From Malacoraja senta (taxonomy: Eukaryota): a DNA stretch of 64,000 bases. The notes under the pieces are model-generated. The model searched no databases. It was given only the letters and a program-made list of their open reading frames with translations, and was not told the origin of the DNA. Shown in pieces: positions 1 to 12,631 of the stretch (positions within the stretch are counted from its first letter, which is position 1; each line of letters starts with the position of its first letter). The position numbers and the translations under genes are program-made. Where the stretch lies: positions 9,612,001-9,676,000 of the forward strand of contig CM075991.1 of NCBI GenBank assembly GCA_038087875.1. Reading direction: 5' to 3'.

Positions 1-105
1 AGGGAGAACGTACAAACTCCACATAGACAGCACCCGAGGTCAGGATCGAACCCGGGTCTCTGGCGCTGTGAGGCAGCGGCTCTACTAGCTGCGTCACTGT
101 GACTG

Positions 106-405
106 TTTAGTTTAGAGATACAGCGCGGAAACAGGCCCTTCAGCCCACCGGGTCCGTGGCCGACCAACGATCCCCGCACACTAGCACCATCCTACACACA
201 CTAGGGACAATTTACAATTTTACCAAGCCAATTAACCTCCAAACCTGTGCATCTTTGGAGTGTGGGAGGAAACCGGAGCTCCTGGAGAAAACCCACTCGG
301 GTCACGGGGAGAACGTACAAACTCCCTACAGACAGCACCCGTAGTCAGGATCGAACCCGGGTCTCTGGCGCTGTTAGACAGAAACTCTACCGCTGTGCCA
401 CCGGA
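106..405 (-). mobile_element. HE1-like V-SINE (one of more than 20 copies or fragments in the window)
   Basis: tRNA-like head, V-domain GAGTTTGTACGTTCTCCCCGTG..CTCCGGTTTCCTCCCAC, CR1-like tail, (CTAAA)n. Confidence 0.8.
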
Positions 406-3400
406 CCTTCTGCCGTTCTAACCTCCTTTTCTGAAAATAGCTTTCAGACAATTAATACCAGATATCGTTTCAGAAATAATGTCCTCCGGTGCTTCCTTCA
501 TGGAATCACAAATGAGGAATGTCAGCGCGAGGAAGACATTAGTGGGCAGATGAAGACGTTTCAGAGGCCAACAAGATCCCATGAACTATGTGGTGACATT
601 TTAGGAATGGATGAGGCCAAGCATGGGATAGATACCAGAGGGAAAGAAAACCTATATTTTTTTAATTAATAGTTTCATTTGGTATTTTCACAGAAATATA
701 TAAAGAAATAATATCCTTGACCCAGGTCTCCATTTCCTGAAAGATTATTCCTGGAATGTGGTGATGTTTGTTTTACTATTTCTACGGACTTCCATGTTGA
801 ATTAAAAAAGATTCTCAAGTGAATTCTGGATTGCTAGGTAATATAAGAGCTTGTGTGAAAATGTTACCTAAAGTCTAAATACAGTCATCGGTCGAGGTGA
901 TTGATGGATTTCATTAACTGAACATATGGAGGGATGTGAATATGTCAGATCTCCACCAAGGTCTCACTCAAGGCACTGAAAAGAATAACAGGTTCCCTTT
1001 GAAATAAAACTATATTTAAAAGTCTCGCAATTATGTCGCACCCCAGTCTCCTCTCCCAGGGTCGATCCACATTGAACAATATTCCATCCCATTCTTATGT
1101 TTCACTTGTCATTGTTTAGTTTAGTTTAGTTTCGAGATACAGCGCGGAAACAGGTACTTCGGCCCACCGAGTCCGCGCTGACCAGTGATCCCCGCACATT
1201 AACATTATCCTACACACACTAGGGGCGATTTTACATTTACACCAAGCCAATTAACCTACATACCTGTACGTCTTTGGAGTGTGGGAGGAAACCGAAGATT
1301 TCGGAGAAAACCACGGGGAGAACGTGATGTTTCGAATGTGCCACTTTGGAGTAACCAGGGTGCCAGCATCAACGTTGCATCTGCAGTTTAGTTTAGAGAT
1401 ATAGAGCGCGGTAACAGGCCTTCGTCTCATCGAATCCACACCAAACCAGCGATCCCCGCACATTCACACTATCCGACACACATTAGGGACAATTATAATT
1501 ACACCAGGCAAATTAACCTACAAACCTGCACATCTTTGGAGTGTGGGAGGAAACCGAAGATCTCGCAGAAAAACTCACGCAGGTCACGGGAGAACGTACA
1601 AACTCCCTACAGACATGCACCCGTAGTCGGGATCGAACCTGGGTCTCTGGCGCTGTAAGGCAGTGGCTCTTTTGTTGATAGATTATTGGACCTGTACCCA
1701 ACTGACTGGGCCATTGACCGAGGGACACAAGTTCAAATCCTGCCATGGCATTGACGAAAGTTAGACTGGGGTAATTGGGCTGGTTCAGGCTGATGGATCC
1801 TCAGTAAATGTAAGTGTGCATTCCAGGCTTCTGCGTTTGGGCACTGCAGAAAAGATTATGGAATAGACTGGGCTTATTTCCACCACCGGACTCACCAGTG
1901 TCTTGGGGAAGCCTTTAATGTTCTTAGCTGAGGGCTGGGTCTGACATCTTGTCTTTACACCAGCCATTACTGGCACACTTAGTGCAGTCCCATTCATCTC
2001 AGTGAGATTTGCAGCCGCTAGTAAAGGTTTAGCCCCCAAAAAAGGCACCAACTCTAATCCTGTGTCGGGAGGGCCTGCAGATGGAGGTTAAAACCAAAGA
2101 CAGACACAAAAGGCTGGAGTAACTCAGCGGGTCAGGCAGCATCTCTGGAGAAAAGGAATAGGCGACGTTTGAAGTCGAGACACTCTTCAGGGTGTCGGAT
2201 CAAAACGTCACATATTCCTTTTCTTCAGAATGCTGCCTGACCCGCTCAGTTACAAAGTCTGTCCTGCTAGGTTTTGTCCTCCCCATCATCTCTTCCAGGT
2301 CAGGTCGAAACTGGGTCTCTGGCGCCGTGTAGCTCCCCATATCCCTTGATTCCATTAGCCCTAAGTGCTATATCTCTCTTGAATACATGCCTTGAATACA
2401 TATACAATGGCACTGCATTCCCTTGTCTCTGTACTGTACACTGCACAATGACAATAAAGTTGAATCTGAATCTGAATCATAAGAGACCCCGCTTAGTATT
2501 AAATTAAAGTTCATACTCCTGAGATGCACCTTGCAACATGTCACTTGGATGTCATAATAAATGTGAGTCGGTTATAGCGTCTCCTGACTGCTCCTTGAGG
2601 CATGAAAAACAATTTCCTATCAGCAGTTCATCAGCTTTGTTGCGGCAGCTTAAGAGAACTTCAGCAGCGCGCAGGTCTTAAATATGATGTTATTTACACA
2701 GAGTAATTTCAAGCCTCAGTTCTCCCATCTATTCCTGTTTGCTCGTCACTAACTGCTATTTGATGAGCCAGACCTTCAAGCTCAGCAGCAAGAAAACTGA
2801 CAAAAGAAAGTACACACAAATATTTCTCGCAATACAGGACACCCTCTGACCACAGGATGGTGTTCGTTACTGCGGATATCCGCTATAACCAAGTAATGTA
2901 TTATGGTTGTACAAGCAGTGAAACAAACAACTGCAGTTGCTGGTTAATGCATAGAAGGACACAAAATGCTGGGAAAACTCAGCGGGTCAGGCAACATCTT
3001 GTTAAGAAGGAACTGCGGATGTTGGAAAATCGAAGGTAGACAAAAGTGCTGGAGAAACTCAGCGGGTGCAGCAGCATCTATGGAGCGAAGGAAATAGGCA
3101 CCGTTTCGGGCCGAAACCCTTCTTGGAGAACATATGGATAGGTGATTTAGTTTAGTTTAGAGATACAGTGCAAAACAGGCCCTTTCGGTCCACCGGGTCC
3201 GCGCCCACCAGCGATCCCCGCACACATTAACACTATCCTATACCCACTAGGGACAATTTTTACATTTACCAAGCCAATTAACCGACAGACCTGTACGTCT
3301 TTGGAGTGTGGGAGGAAACTGAAGATTTCGGAGAAAACCCACGCAGGTCACAGGGAGAACGTACAAATTTGGGGAGAACGGGATGTTTCGAGTCGAGACC

Positions 3401-3429
3401 CTCTTCAGCTACTCAGTGCGTAACTGGGC

Positions 3430-4041
3430 CTAGAATCCAGATTCAGCCTCGTCTTCAGATTCAGACGAGTGCAAGGAACGCTCCCAACCCGAAACATCAT
3501 CCATCCTCGAGCCCTCTGTTGCCGGGACGATCATGGCTCCCGCAGTCGGCGGCATTTGGGCCCTCCGCATCGGGGCGATCAGCTCCTGCATCGGGGGGAT
3601 GTCAGCTCTCCCGCGCCGGGCTATCGGACCCCGCGTCGTGGCTGGTCGAGCCTCTGCATCGTTCGAGCTTCCCAACTCGGCCTCTCCCGAGACTGCGAGC
3701 TCTCGATGGTAAAGTCCGCAGTCCGTGGTTGGAGCTATCCCAGGCAAGGGATCAGCTCCGATGTTAAGTCCACGCCCCGCGGTGGGGCTCAAAATCAGTC
3801 CGAGGAGGCCTCCAGCTCCATCGATGTTCGGCCGCAGAGCGACCGGAGATACGTTCTGGAAAACAATCGCATCTCCAGCAAGGTAAGAAACTGAAAACAA
3901 GTTTCCCCCTCCCCCACCCCCCAAGTAAAACAAACCAGAGAACATTTACACAAACTTTTAACACACACAAAAAATAAAAAAATGACGAAAAACCAGATAG
4001 ACTGTTGGCGGGGCTGCCAATCGTGCGGCGCCCCCTGGTGG
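3430..4041 (-). mobile_element. Unclassified GC-rich interspersed repeat
   Basis: Similar to about 61205-62125 and loosely to 16197-16870, 26810-27270 and 53500-54010; shared CAGACTGTTGGCG..GCC end. Confidence 0.5.
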
Positions 4042-5111
4042 AACAACCTGTTTCTAACATATAATTGCAGCTCCAGGCGAGGTCTGTCAGTGTTTAGTGC
4101 AGATCACACTTAACCCTCCCACCTGTATGCATTGCTGAAGCAATCTTCACTTAAATGGCCTTCTCTTCCATTTACATGTTGTTAGTTTAGTTTAGTTTGG
4201 AGATACAGCGGGGAACAGGCCCTTCGACCAACCGAGACCACACTGAGCAGCGATCCCCCATTCACGCCAGCTCCATGTTATCCCACTCTCTTGGCCACTC
4301 CCGACACACGGGAGGGCGATTCTGCATCGACCTACGAACCCGCACGTCTTTGGGATGCGGGAGGAAACCGGAACAAAATCACGCGGCCACTTTTGATAGA
4401 ATTCGCACACTCATCTGGCTTCTGTCTCATTGCTCAGTCGAAAGGCCAAAGCAGAGAGTAAAAACAATGCCATTGCATCAGTACACTTCCCATGTCACAC
4501 TGACATAACTGAACATTCGCCAAAGTAAATAAGAGAGGCACATACATAGTGAAGGAATTAGACACGACTATCTGAGATTGGAGGGGTGGCAAAAGTCACA
4601 GAGATCTCATGAACTATTGAGCAGAAGAAAGGCATTCAGTCAGTTATTTACAGTCAATTGTATTTGTATAGCACATTTAAAAACAACTCACGTTGACCAA
4701 AGTGCTTTACATCAGTGCAGATACTAATGGTACACACACATAACAATACCCTTATAGCATTCCCTTATAACACATACTTCAGCTTGCGCTATTATGGTCC
4801 TATTTACCTGGTATTATTGATAGTTTGTTGTACACTTATTTGTTTGTGTTTAAGATGCCTGTAAAGTTGTCACAAGCACGAATTTCAACGTTGTGGGCAC
4901 AGTGCATACAGTATGACCAGTAAACGCTCTTGACTCTTGTCCTTAACATATCTGCCAGCCTTGAAGTTTATCTCCACAGTTTACTGCACGTCCAAGGTAA
5001 TGTTCAGGTTAAGTGCATGAATATAAATTGTATCCTATTTGCAAGTCTAGGTCATTAATATACATCCAGAAAGGAAAACCTTGGGGAAAGCATTCTCCTA
5101 TCCCCTCCCAT

Positions 5112-5497
5112 TCAAGATTCAAGATTCAACAGAGCTTTATTGTCATGTGTCCCTGATAGGACAATGAAATTCTTGCTTTGCTTCAGCACAAAGAACATAG
5201 TAGCATGAACACAGAACAGATCAGTGTGTCCATATACCATTGTATAAATATATACACACATGAATAAATAAACTGATAAAGTGCAAATAAACAGATAATG
5301 GGCTATTAATGTTCAGAGTTTTGTCCGAGCCAAGTTTAATAGCCTGATGGCTGTGGGGAAGTAGCTATTCCTGAACCTGGTCGTTGCAGTCTTCAGGCTC
5401 ATGTACCTTCTACCTGAAGGTAGCCGGGGAGATGAGTGTGTGGCCAGGATGGTGTGGGTCCTTGATGATACTGCCAGCCTTTTTGAGGCAGCGACTC
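5112..5497 (-). mobile_element. Rex1/Babar-like LINE 3' fragment
   Basis: SGRRYMSLKTATTRFRNSYFPTAIRLLNLARTKL, same 3' UTR as the other copies. Confidence 0.7.
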
Positions 5498-5525
5498 CCA
5501 TTACCTTCCTTTGGTTTAAAGGGGT

Positions 5526-5553
5526 CTGAAGAAGGGTCTCGACCCGAAACGTC
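5526..5553 (+). ncRNA. Minimal hammerhead core (Penelope-derived)
   Basis: CTGAAGAAGGGTCTCGACCCGAAACGTC. Confidence 0.55.
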
Positions 5554-6168
5554 GCCCATTCCTTTTCTTGTTACAAATGTTGACCTCGCTGTCATCGTCC
5601 GTCCTGAAAAGGACGCAAGCTTCCGGCGACAATCAGTGGGAGCTGTCACTTGTGGCAATAGATGATGGTGGTAGCAGAATTAGTTCAGGATACTTCCAGT
5701 TTCCAAGCCACGTGACGTGGATGCTTCTGCTAAGGGGCTTCAGAGATGCTGTCTGACCATCTGAGTTACTCCAGCTGTTTGTGTCTTTCTTTGGTTTAAA
5801 GCAGCATCTGCAGTTCCTTCCTACATAACCCATCACTGTGCTTTCTATAGCGAAGCCAATTATAGACAATAGACAATAGACAATAGACAATAGGTGCAGG
5901 AGTAGGCCATTCGGCCTTACCAAGCAATTACCTATCATTGCTGTAGCAATGGTAGAACGTGCAAACAAACTGGAGGTCATGATTGAACGTGGGTCACTGA
6001 AGCCGTGAGGCAGCAGCTCTACTTACTGTGTCATACCTGATTTCTTAAGAAAGTCCTACCCAACAGGGTGAAAACAGCCCCATGTGCCACCAAACTCCCA
6101 GTCACGCATGTAAGGAAAGAGATGAAAAAAGGAACTGCAGCTGCTGGAATCTTGAACAAAACAAAATG

Positions 6169-6436
6169 GGGCGGCACGGTGGCGCAGTGGTAGAGTTAGT
6201 GCCTTACAGCGGGTACGGTCCTGACAAAGGGTGCTGTCAGTACGGAGTTTGTAAGTTCTCCCCCGGTCACCACGTAAGTTTTCCCCGGGTGCTCCGGTTT
6301 CCTCCCCGCACTCCAAAGATGCACAGGTTTGTAGGTTAATTGGCCTCAGCAAATTGTCCCTAGTGTGTGGGATAGTGCTAGTGTACGGGGTCATCGCTGG
6401 TCGGCGCGGACACGGTGGGCCGAAAGGGCCTGTTTC
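6169..6436 (+). mobile_element. HE1-like V-SINE
   Basis: GGGCGGCACGGTGGCGCAGTGG head, V-domain, tail. Confidence 0.75.
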
Positions 6437-7052
6437 AATAGACAATAGACAATAGACAATAGACAATAGGTGCAGGAGTAGGCCATTCGGCCCTTCGAGC
6501 CAGCACCGCCATTCAATGTGATCATGGCTGATCATCCCCAATCAGTACCCCGTTCCTGCCTTCTCCCCATATCCCCTGACTCCGCTATTTTTAAGAGCCC
6601 TATCTAGCTCTCTCTTGAAAGCATCCGGAGAACCTGCCTCCACCGCCCTCTGAGGCAGAGAATTCCACAGACTCACCACTCTCTGTGAGAAAAAGTGTTT
6701 CCTCGTCTCCGTTCTAAATTCCTGATGTTGGGGGAGTCCAGAACCAGGGGCCACAGTTTAAGAATAAGGAGTAAGCCATTTAGAACGGAGACGAGGAAAC
6801 ACTTTTTCTCACAGAGAGTTGGTGAGTCTGTGGAATTATCTGCCTCAGAGGGCGGTGGAGGCAGGTTCTCTGGATGCTTTCAAGAGAGAGCTAGATCGGG
6901 CTCTTAAAAATAGCGGAGTCAGGGGATATGGGGAGAAGGCAGGAACGGGGTACTGATTGCGGATGATCAACCATGATCACATTGAATGGCGGTGCTGGCT
7001 CGAAGGGCCAAATGGCCCACTCCAGCACCTATTGTCTATTGTCTATTGTCTA
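6437..7052. mobile_element. Two CR1/HER1-type 3' fragments joined head-to-head (- then +)
   Basis: Near-identical inverted halves, (CTATTGT)n tails pointing outward. Confidence 0.75.
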
Positions 7053-7558
7053 TTATCTATCTCTCCCTCTGAACCCCAATCTCCTGCCTTCTCCCCAAGA
7101 ATTGGCAGACTGCACACAGTTATTGGTCGAGGTGAGAATACAATCTGGGTCGCTGGAGATGTGAGCCAATGTTCCTTTGTGCCAACTGCCCGAGTATTTG
7201 TGTTTGTTGGCAAGACTGCGTCTACAGTATGATCGTCAATACGTTGTTCCACTCTCGCCTGGTGGGTGACTCAGAATTGGATGGTGGGCAAGATCATAGT
7301 GGCTTTGCGTAGATGTGTTCATGGTGAAACTGTGGAAAGGACCGGAGGCTTGACGAAAGCAGACAAATGCCTGCGGCTTAATTCCGTCGGCATCCAAAGG
7401 CCGGCCAAAAGAAACATTCACTCAAGGAAACGAAGTTGGGTCTAACTTTGAAAGTTAAATGTAAACGGGCGAGACCCTATGATGCGTGTTTGGCATTCAG
7501 TGCTCTGACCTTCCAGCTTATCAATGCCCATCTATGGATGGAGTGATCAAGAATGAGT

Positions 7559-7586
7559 CTGAAGAAGGGTCTCGACCCGAAACGTC
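7559..7586 (+). ncRNA. Minimal type I hammerhead ribozyme core in a Penelope-derived short element
   Basis: CTGAAGA-A-GGGT(CTCG)ACCC-GAAA-CGTC; flanks GAATGAGT and ACCCATTC can pair as stem I. Confidence 0.6.
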
Positions 7587-8265
7587 ACCCATTCCTTCTC
7601 TCCAGAGATGCTGCCTGTCCCGCTGAGTTACTCCAGCTTTTTGTGTCCGTCCTCGGTTTAAACCAGCATCTGCAGTTCCTTCCTACACATGAAATATTGA
7701 GAGGTTGAGTTGCAAAACCTGAACGATTTCAAGGCAAAGCGAGAGGAATGCAGAATGAGAGAAAGAAAAGAACTAAAAGGACATTTATACACAGGCAGAG
7801 TTAAAAAGGATTGGCAACCAAAAGAACCATTGTTGCTCCGTACATTATTACATTGAAAATGCACGTTGAATAGAAAAAGAGATTAAAGGACAAGATTGAG
7901 AGAATATAAAATAAAAATATAAAATGCTGAGTTACATCAGTTCTTTGTGTCTCTGTTTAGTTTAGAGATACAGCATGGAAGCAGGCCCTTCAGCCCACCA
8001 AATCCATGCTAACCAACGGTCACCCGTACACTAGTTCTATCCCACACACAAGGGACAATTTACAGAAGCCAATTAACCTACAAACCTGCACGTCTTTACG
8101 ATGAGGGAGGAAACGCACGTGGTCACGGGGAGAACGTACAAACTCCATACAGACAGCACCCGTGGTCAGGGTCAAACTCTGGCCCCTGTAAGTCTGCAAC
8201 TCTACCGCTGCGCCACTGTGCGTCCTTTTCTGTATTAATCAGCATCTGCAGCAGATTGTGTCTTA

Positions 8266-9181
8266 AGGCCCTGTCCCACTTACGTGTCCTTCGCACGCAA
8301 ATTACGCGACCTCGTCGTCGCGTTGAGGCGCACGGGCATCGTGTGGCCGGTCCCACTGAGAAGCGCGGAGGGGTATGGAGTTGTGCGCGGTATCGTGCGC
8401 CTCTCCGGGATTTTGTACCGAACGACATCTTCGCGCGCCACCGGCCTGTCACGTAACTGATGGCCAAAGTGGGACAGGCCCAAGCCCCTGGCACGACGCA
8501 ACGTCTCTCCTCCAACAGCAGCAGAAGCAGGCAAACGATCGCCGAACTCGGCCTGGGGCTCAAGGCCGTTGCAGATCCAGATCCGCCCCCACTTCTACTC
8601 CCAGAGCAGGGCCAAGAAAATTGAAGATAGACACAAAATGCAGGAGTAACTCAGCGGGACCGGCAGCATCTCTGGAGAGAAGGAACGGGTGACGTTTCGG
8701 GTCAAGACCCTTCTTTCAGACTGAAGAACGGTCTCGACCCGAATCATCACCCATTGCTTCTCTCCAGAGATGCTGCCGGTCCCGCTGAGTTACTCCAGCT
8801 TTGTGTCCATCTTCAATTTTCTTGGCCCCGCTCTGGGAGTAGGAGTGGGGGCGGATCCGGATCGCAACGACCGTGAGCCCCAGGCCGAGTTCGGCGATCG
8901 TTTGCCTGCTTCTGCTGCTGTTGGAGGAGAGACGTTGCGTCGCGCCAGGGTCTTGGGCCTGTCCCACTTTGGCCGTCAGTTACGCGACAGGCCGTTGGCG
9001 CGCGAAGATTTTGTTCGCTACAAAAATTTCAGAGCCCCGCACGATGTCGCGCACAACTACATATCCCTCCGCGCTTCTCAGTGGGACCGGCCCCGCACGG
9101 CCATACGATGCCCGTGCGCCTCAACGCGACCACGAGGTCGCGTAATTTGCTTGCCAAGGACATGTAAGTGGGACAGGCCCT
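8266..9181. mobile_element. Composite palindromic MITE, PIF/Harbinger (Tourist)-like
   Basis: TIR AGG(C/G)CCTGTCCCACTTAC; TTA target duplication at 8263-8265 and 9182-9184; arms complementary along nearly their whole length. Confidence 0.75.
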
Positions 9182-12100
9182 TTACACCGAAGATAGACAC
9201 TAAACACTGGAGTAACTCAGCGGGTCAGGCAGCATCTCTGGAGAAAGTCTAAAGAAGGCTCCAATCCGAAATGTCACCTACTCCTGCATTTTGTGTCCAT
9301 CTTCAAATGACGTCACGCGCTCCAGACGGCTGTGCGGGCAAATGAAGACGCGCGGGACTCTCGCGGGACCATCGCGCCTCAACGCCTCAACGCGACGACG
9401 AGGTCGCGTAATTAGCGTGCCAAGGACACGTAAGTGGGACAGGGGCTTTAGTTTATACGATATAAAATATAGAATGCTGGAGAGAATCTAGACAGAATCT
9501 GGGTCTAACGTTTTGCACACAGCAACACATGTGATACATCAATAAAATACAAATTAACTCACTCCCACAGGAGGCTTCCAGCTGGTCAATTTTCATTTAA
9601 ATATCATCTAAATCGTGCAACTAAAATAGCTCACTTTTCAACTCACTCACACTAAATCTCAGTGAGTTCCAGAGGTTGGGATGTAATTGACAATGAGTTG
9701 GAAGTGAAGAGAAGTGCCAGCTGAACTCGATGACACAAAGTGCGATGCTATTTGTAGACCTTTGCTGAAATGGACACAGAGTTTTTTTGTGGGAAAAGGA
9801 ACTTTCTCCGAACGGTCGAGTGAATTTCAAGAGATCTCAGTGACACAGGAAGCGGAGAAACAAATGATCCTGCTGCACCAGAGACCCAGGTTCGATCCTG
9901 ACCACGGCTGCTGTCTGTACGGAGTTTGTCCGTCTTCCCCGTCGACCTGCGTGGGTTTTCCCCGGGCGCTCCGGTTTTACTCCCACACCCCAAAGACGTG
10001 CGGGTTTGTAGGTTAAAGAAGGAACTGCAGATGCTGGAAAATCGATGGTGGACAAAAATGCTGGGGAAACTCAGCGGGTGCAGCAGCATCTATGGAGCGA
10101 AGGAAATAGGCAACGTTTCGGCCCGAAACCCTTCGCTCCATAGATGCTGCTGCACCCGCTGAGTTTCTCCAGCATTTTTGTCTACCTCAGGTTTGTAGGT
10201 TAATTGGCTTGGGTATAAATGTAAATTCTCCCCAGTGTGTGTAGGATAGTGTTAATATGTGGGGATCGCTGGTCGTCGTGGACTCAGTGGGCCGAAGGCC
10301 ATGTTTCCGCGCTGACGCTCTAATCTAAACTAAACCTTACCACCACCACCCTGCAGTTGTGACGTTTATTCCTTAAATAATTCTGGGCATCACGGGCAAG
10401 TGTCATGTATGTAGATGCAAGCAGCAAGTAAGTAGGAAAGCTAACAGAATAATATTATTTATGGTGGTGAAATTAAATCCAAAATGAAGTACGTTATGCT
10501 TCAGTTATAGTCGATCCTGGTGAGACGACATATCGGATATTATGTACAGTATTTGTCCTTATTTACGAAAGACAATAGACAATAGGTGCAGGAGTAGGCC
10601 ATTCAGCCCTTCGAGCCAGCACCGCCATTCACTGCGATCATGGCTGATCATCCCCAATCAGTACCCCGCTCCTGCCTTCTCCCCATATCCCCTGACTCCG
10701 CTATCTTTAAGAGCTCTATCTAATTGGTGCTGACTTGCTGGGCCGAAGGGCCTGTTTCCGTGCTGTATTGCTAAAATTAAACAAAAAAATGTGCTTAGAT
10801 CTGAACTAAACAATGAATTCCACAGATTCACCACCGTCTGGCTCAAGAACTTCCTCCTCATCTCCATTCTAAAGGTACGCCCTTTTTTCCCCGAGGCTGT
10901 GCCCTCTGGTCCTGGATTAAACATCCTCTCCATGTCCACTCTACCTGGGCCTTTCATTGACCCTCGTTCCCTGTAATACGTCACAGACCTTGTGTGGACA
11001 TGGAGCCGCACATAGCAAGTCAACAGATACTAGGGACATGGTCTACAGAAGTCAACACATGGACTTGTGGAAGAACAATAACTTTAGATCATGGTCGAGG
11101 GATAAAATGGTGCTTAGTTCATGAGAGGAACTCTCCTGCACTTTGTCAAACAAGTTAGCCATCAGGCTATTAAACATGACAACGAATAAGCTCTGAGCTC
11201 TGAACTGCAAAAGACTATTTTATTATTCGTTATTTGCACAATATTTGTTATTTATTGAACTTTTCCTTTTTTTTTTCTCTTCCCCCGTTACGTACTATGT
11301 TTACATATTCACATATTCTGTTGTGCTGCAGCAAGTAAGAATTTCATTGTCCCATCTGGGACATATGACAATAATTTTGATTAGTAGGACTGGATGTTAC
11401 AATCCCTAAAGTTCTTCACCACAACTGACACCCGGTATTCTTGGGGGTGACCACTAGGTGATTTTGCTACCAATCAGACACATTTTCAGTTGTGTACCTC
11501 AACGTCACTGGGTGGTTCGGCCTTTTATCACAAGATACCCTCAGTCGAGGCAGGCCCACCGCAGGGTGATCGGCCCTGGGTGTGTGTCTTATGGTTAGCC
11601 TCTAGATGGTCACGTGGCAGCTCAGACAGCATCTTTTCTCTTCAGCCACAGCCAGTGACTGCTCCATTCTGCTTTTTTTCCTTCCATCTTCCTCTCTACC
11701 GCTGACTGTGGCTGGTTGGGGCTCTGGACTCGTGTCCCTTGGTGGGACAGTACTTGGTTGAGCTTCGCCTGGGGTGCTGATACCCTGTGGACTGTGGTGG
11801 TTAACCTGCCACTGGGCTTCACTCGACTGATTTAGCCTACCTCTTAGAAGGTAATGGTCAATGCGAGGCCCCACACCAAGCTCTCCCAGGAACTTTTCCC
11901 TGCCCTGGTGGATCTTGAGACCTTTCTCTGATGTTATCTTTTCCCAGCCACAGATGCAGCTTCAATCTTGACTCTTGACTTGACTACATGGGATCTTCTA
12001 TGTAGACAAGAGAATGGTGGGCGCACAGAACACGCTGCTTGGGGTGGTGGTGGAGGTCGATGCAACGGTGGCATTGAAGAGTATTTTGGAAAGGCCCGTG

Positions 12101-12603
12101 GATATGCAGGGAATGGAGGGATATGACACACATGCAGCAGAGGTAATTACTTTAACGGGGCCTCATGTTTAGCACAGGCATTGTGGACTGAAGGGTCTGT
12201 TCCTGCGTTGGACTGTGTTATGCTCTATGAGTGGGCAGCGTTTAAAAGGTGGTGGCCCACTACAATACAGTTCAGGGTCTTTTCTTCTCTCTTTTTTGTA
12301 TTTTTCTTCTTTTTCTTCATTCTTTCCTTTTTACTTTTTTTTCCCCGATTCATGTATCAATTTATAAAATGTTTAAAATGAAGCCGTACGAAAATTGTAT
12401 AATTGTTATGCCAATTACCTTATTCTTGTACAATTGCTTCTAATAAAATAAACATTTTTTTAAAAAGGTGGTGGCCCACTACAATACTACGACTAAATAA
12501 AGTGTTAAAGAAGGAACTGCAGATGCTGGAAAATCGAAGGTACACAAAAGTGCTGGAGAAACTCAGCGGGTGCAGCAGCATCTATGGAGCGAAGGAAATA
12601 GGC

Positions 12604-12631
12604 AACGTTTCGGGCCGAAACCCTTCTTCAG
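12604..12631 (-). ncRNA. Minimal hammerhead core, second subfamily (UUCG loop, GUU site)
   Basis: CTGAAGAAGGGTTTCGGCCCGAAACGTT on the - strand. Confidence 0.55.

Noticed and set aside
1785..2051. 88-aa ORF with a strong internal donor CTG|GTGAGT at 1896/1895
   Set aside because: No recognisable homology, clear acceptor or partner exons
11395..11875. Possible solo LTR starting TGTTACA
   Set aside because: Could not identify a matching 3' end, target duplication or second copy
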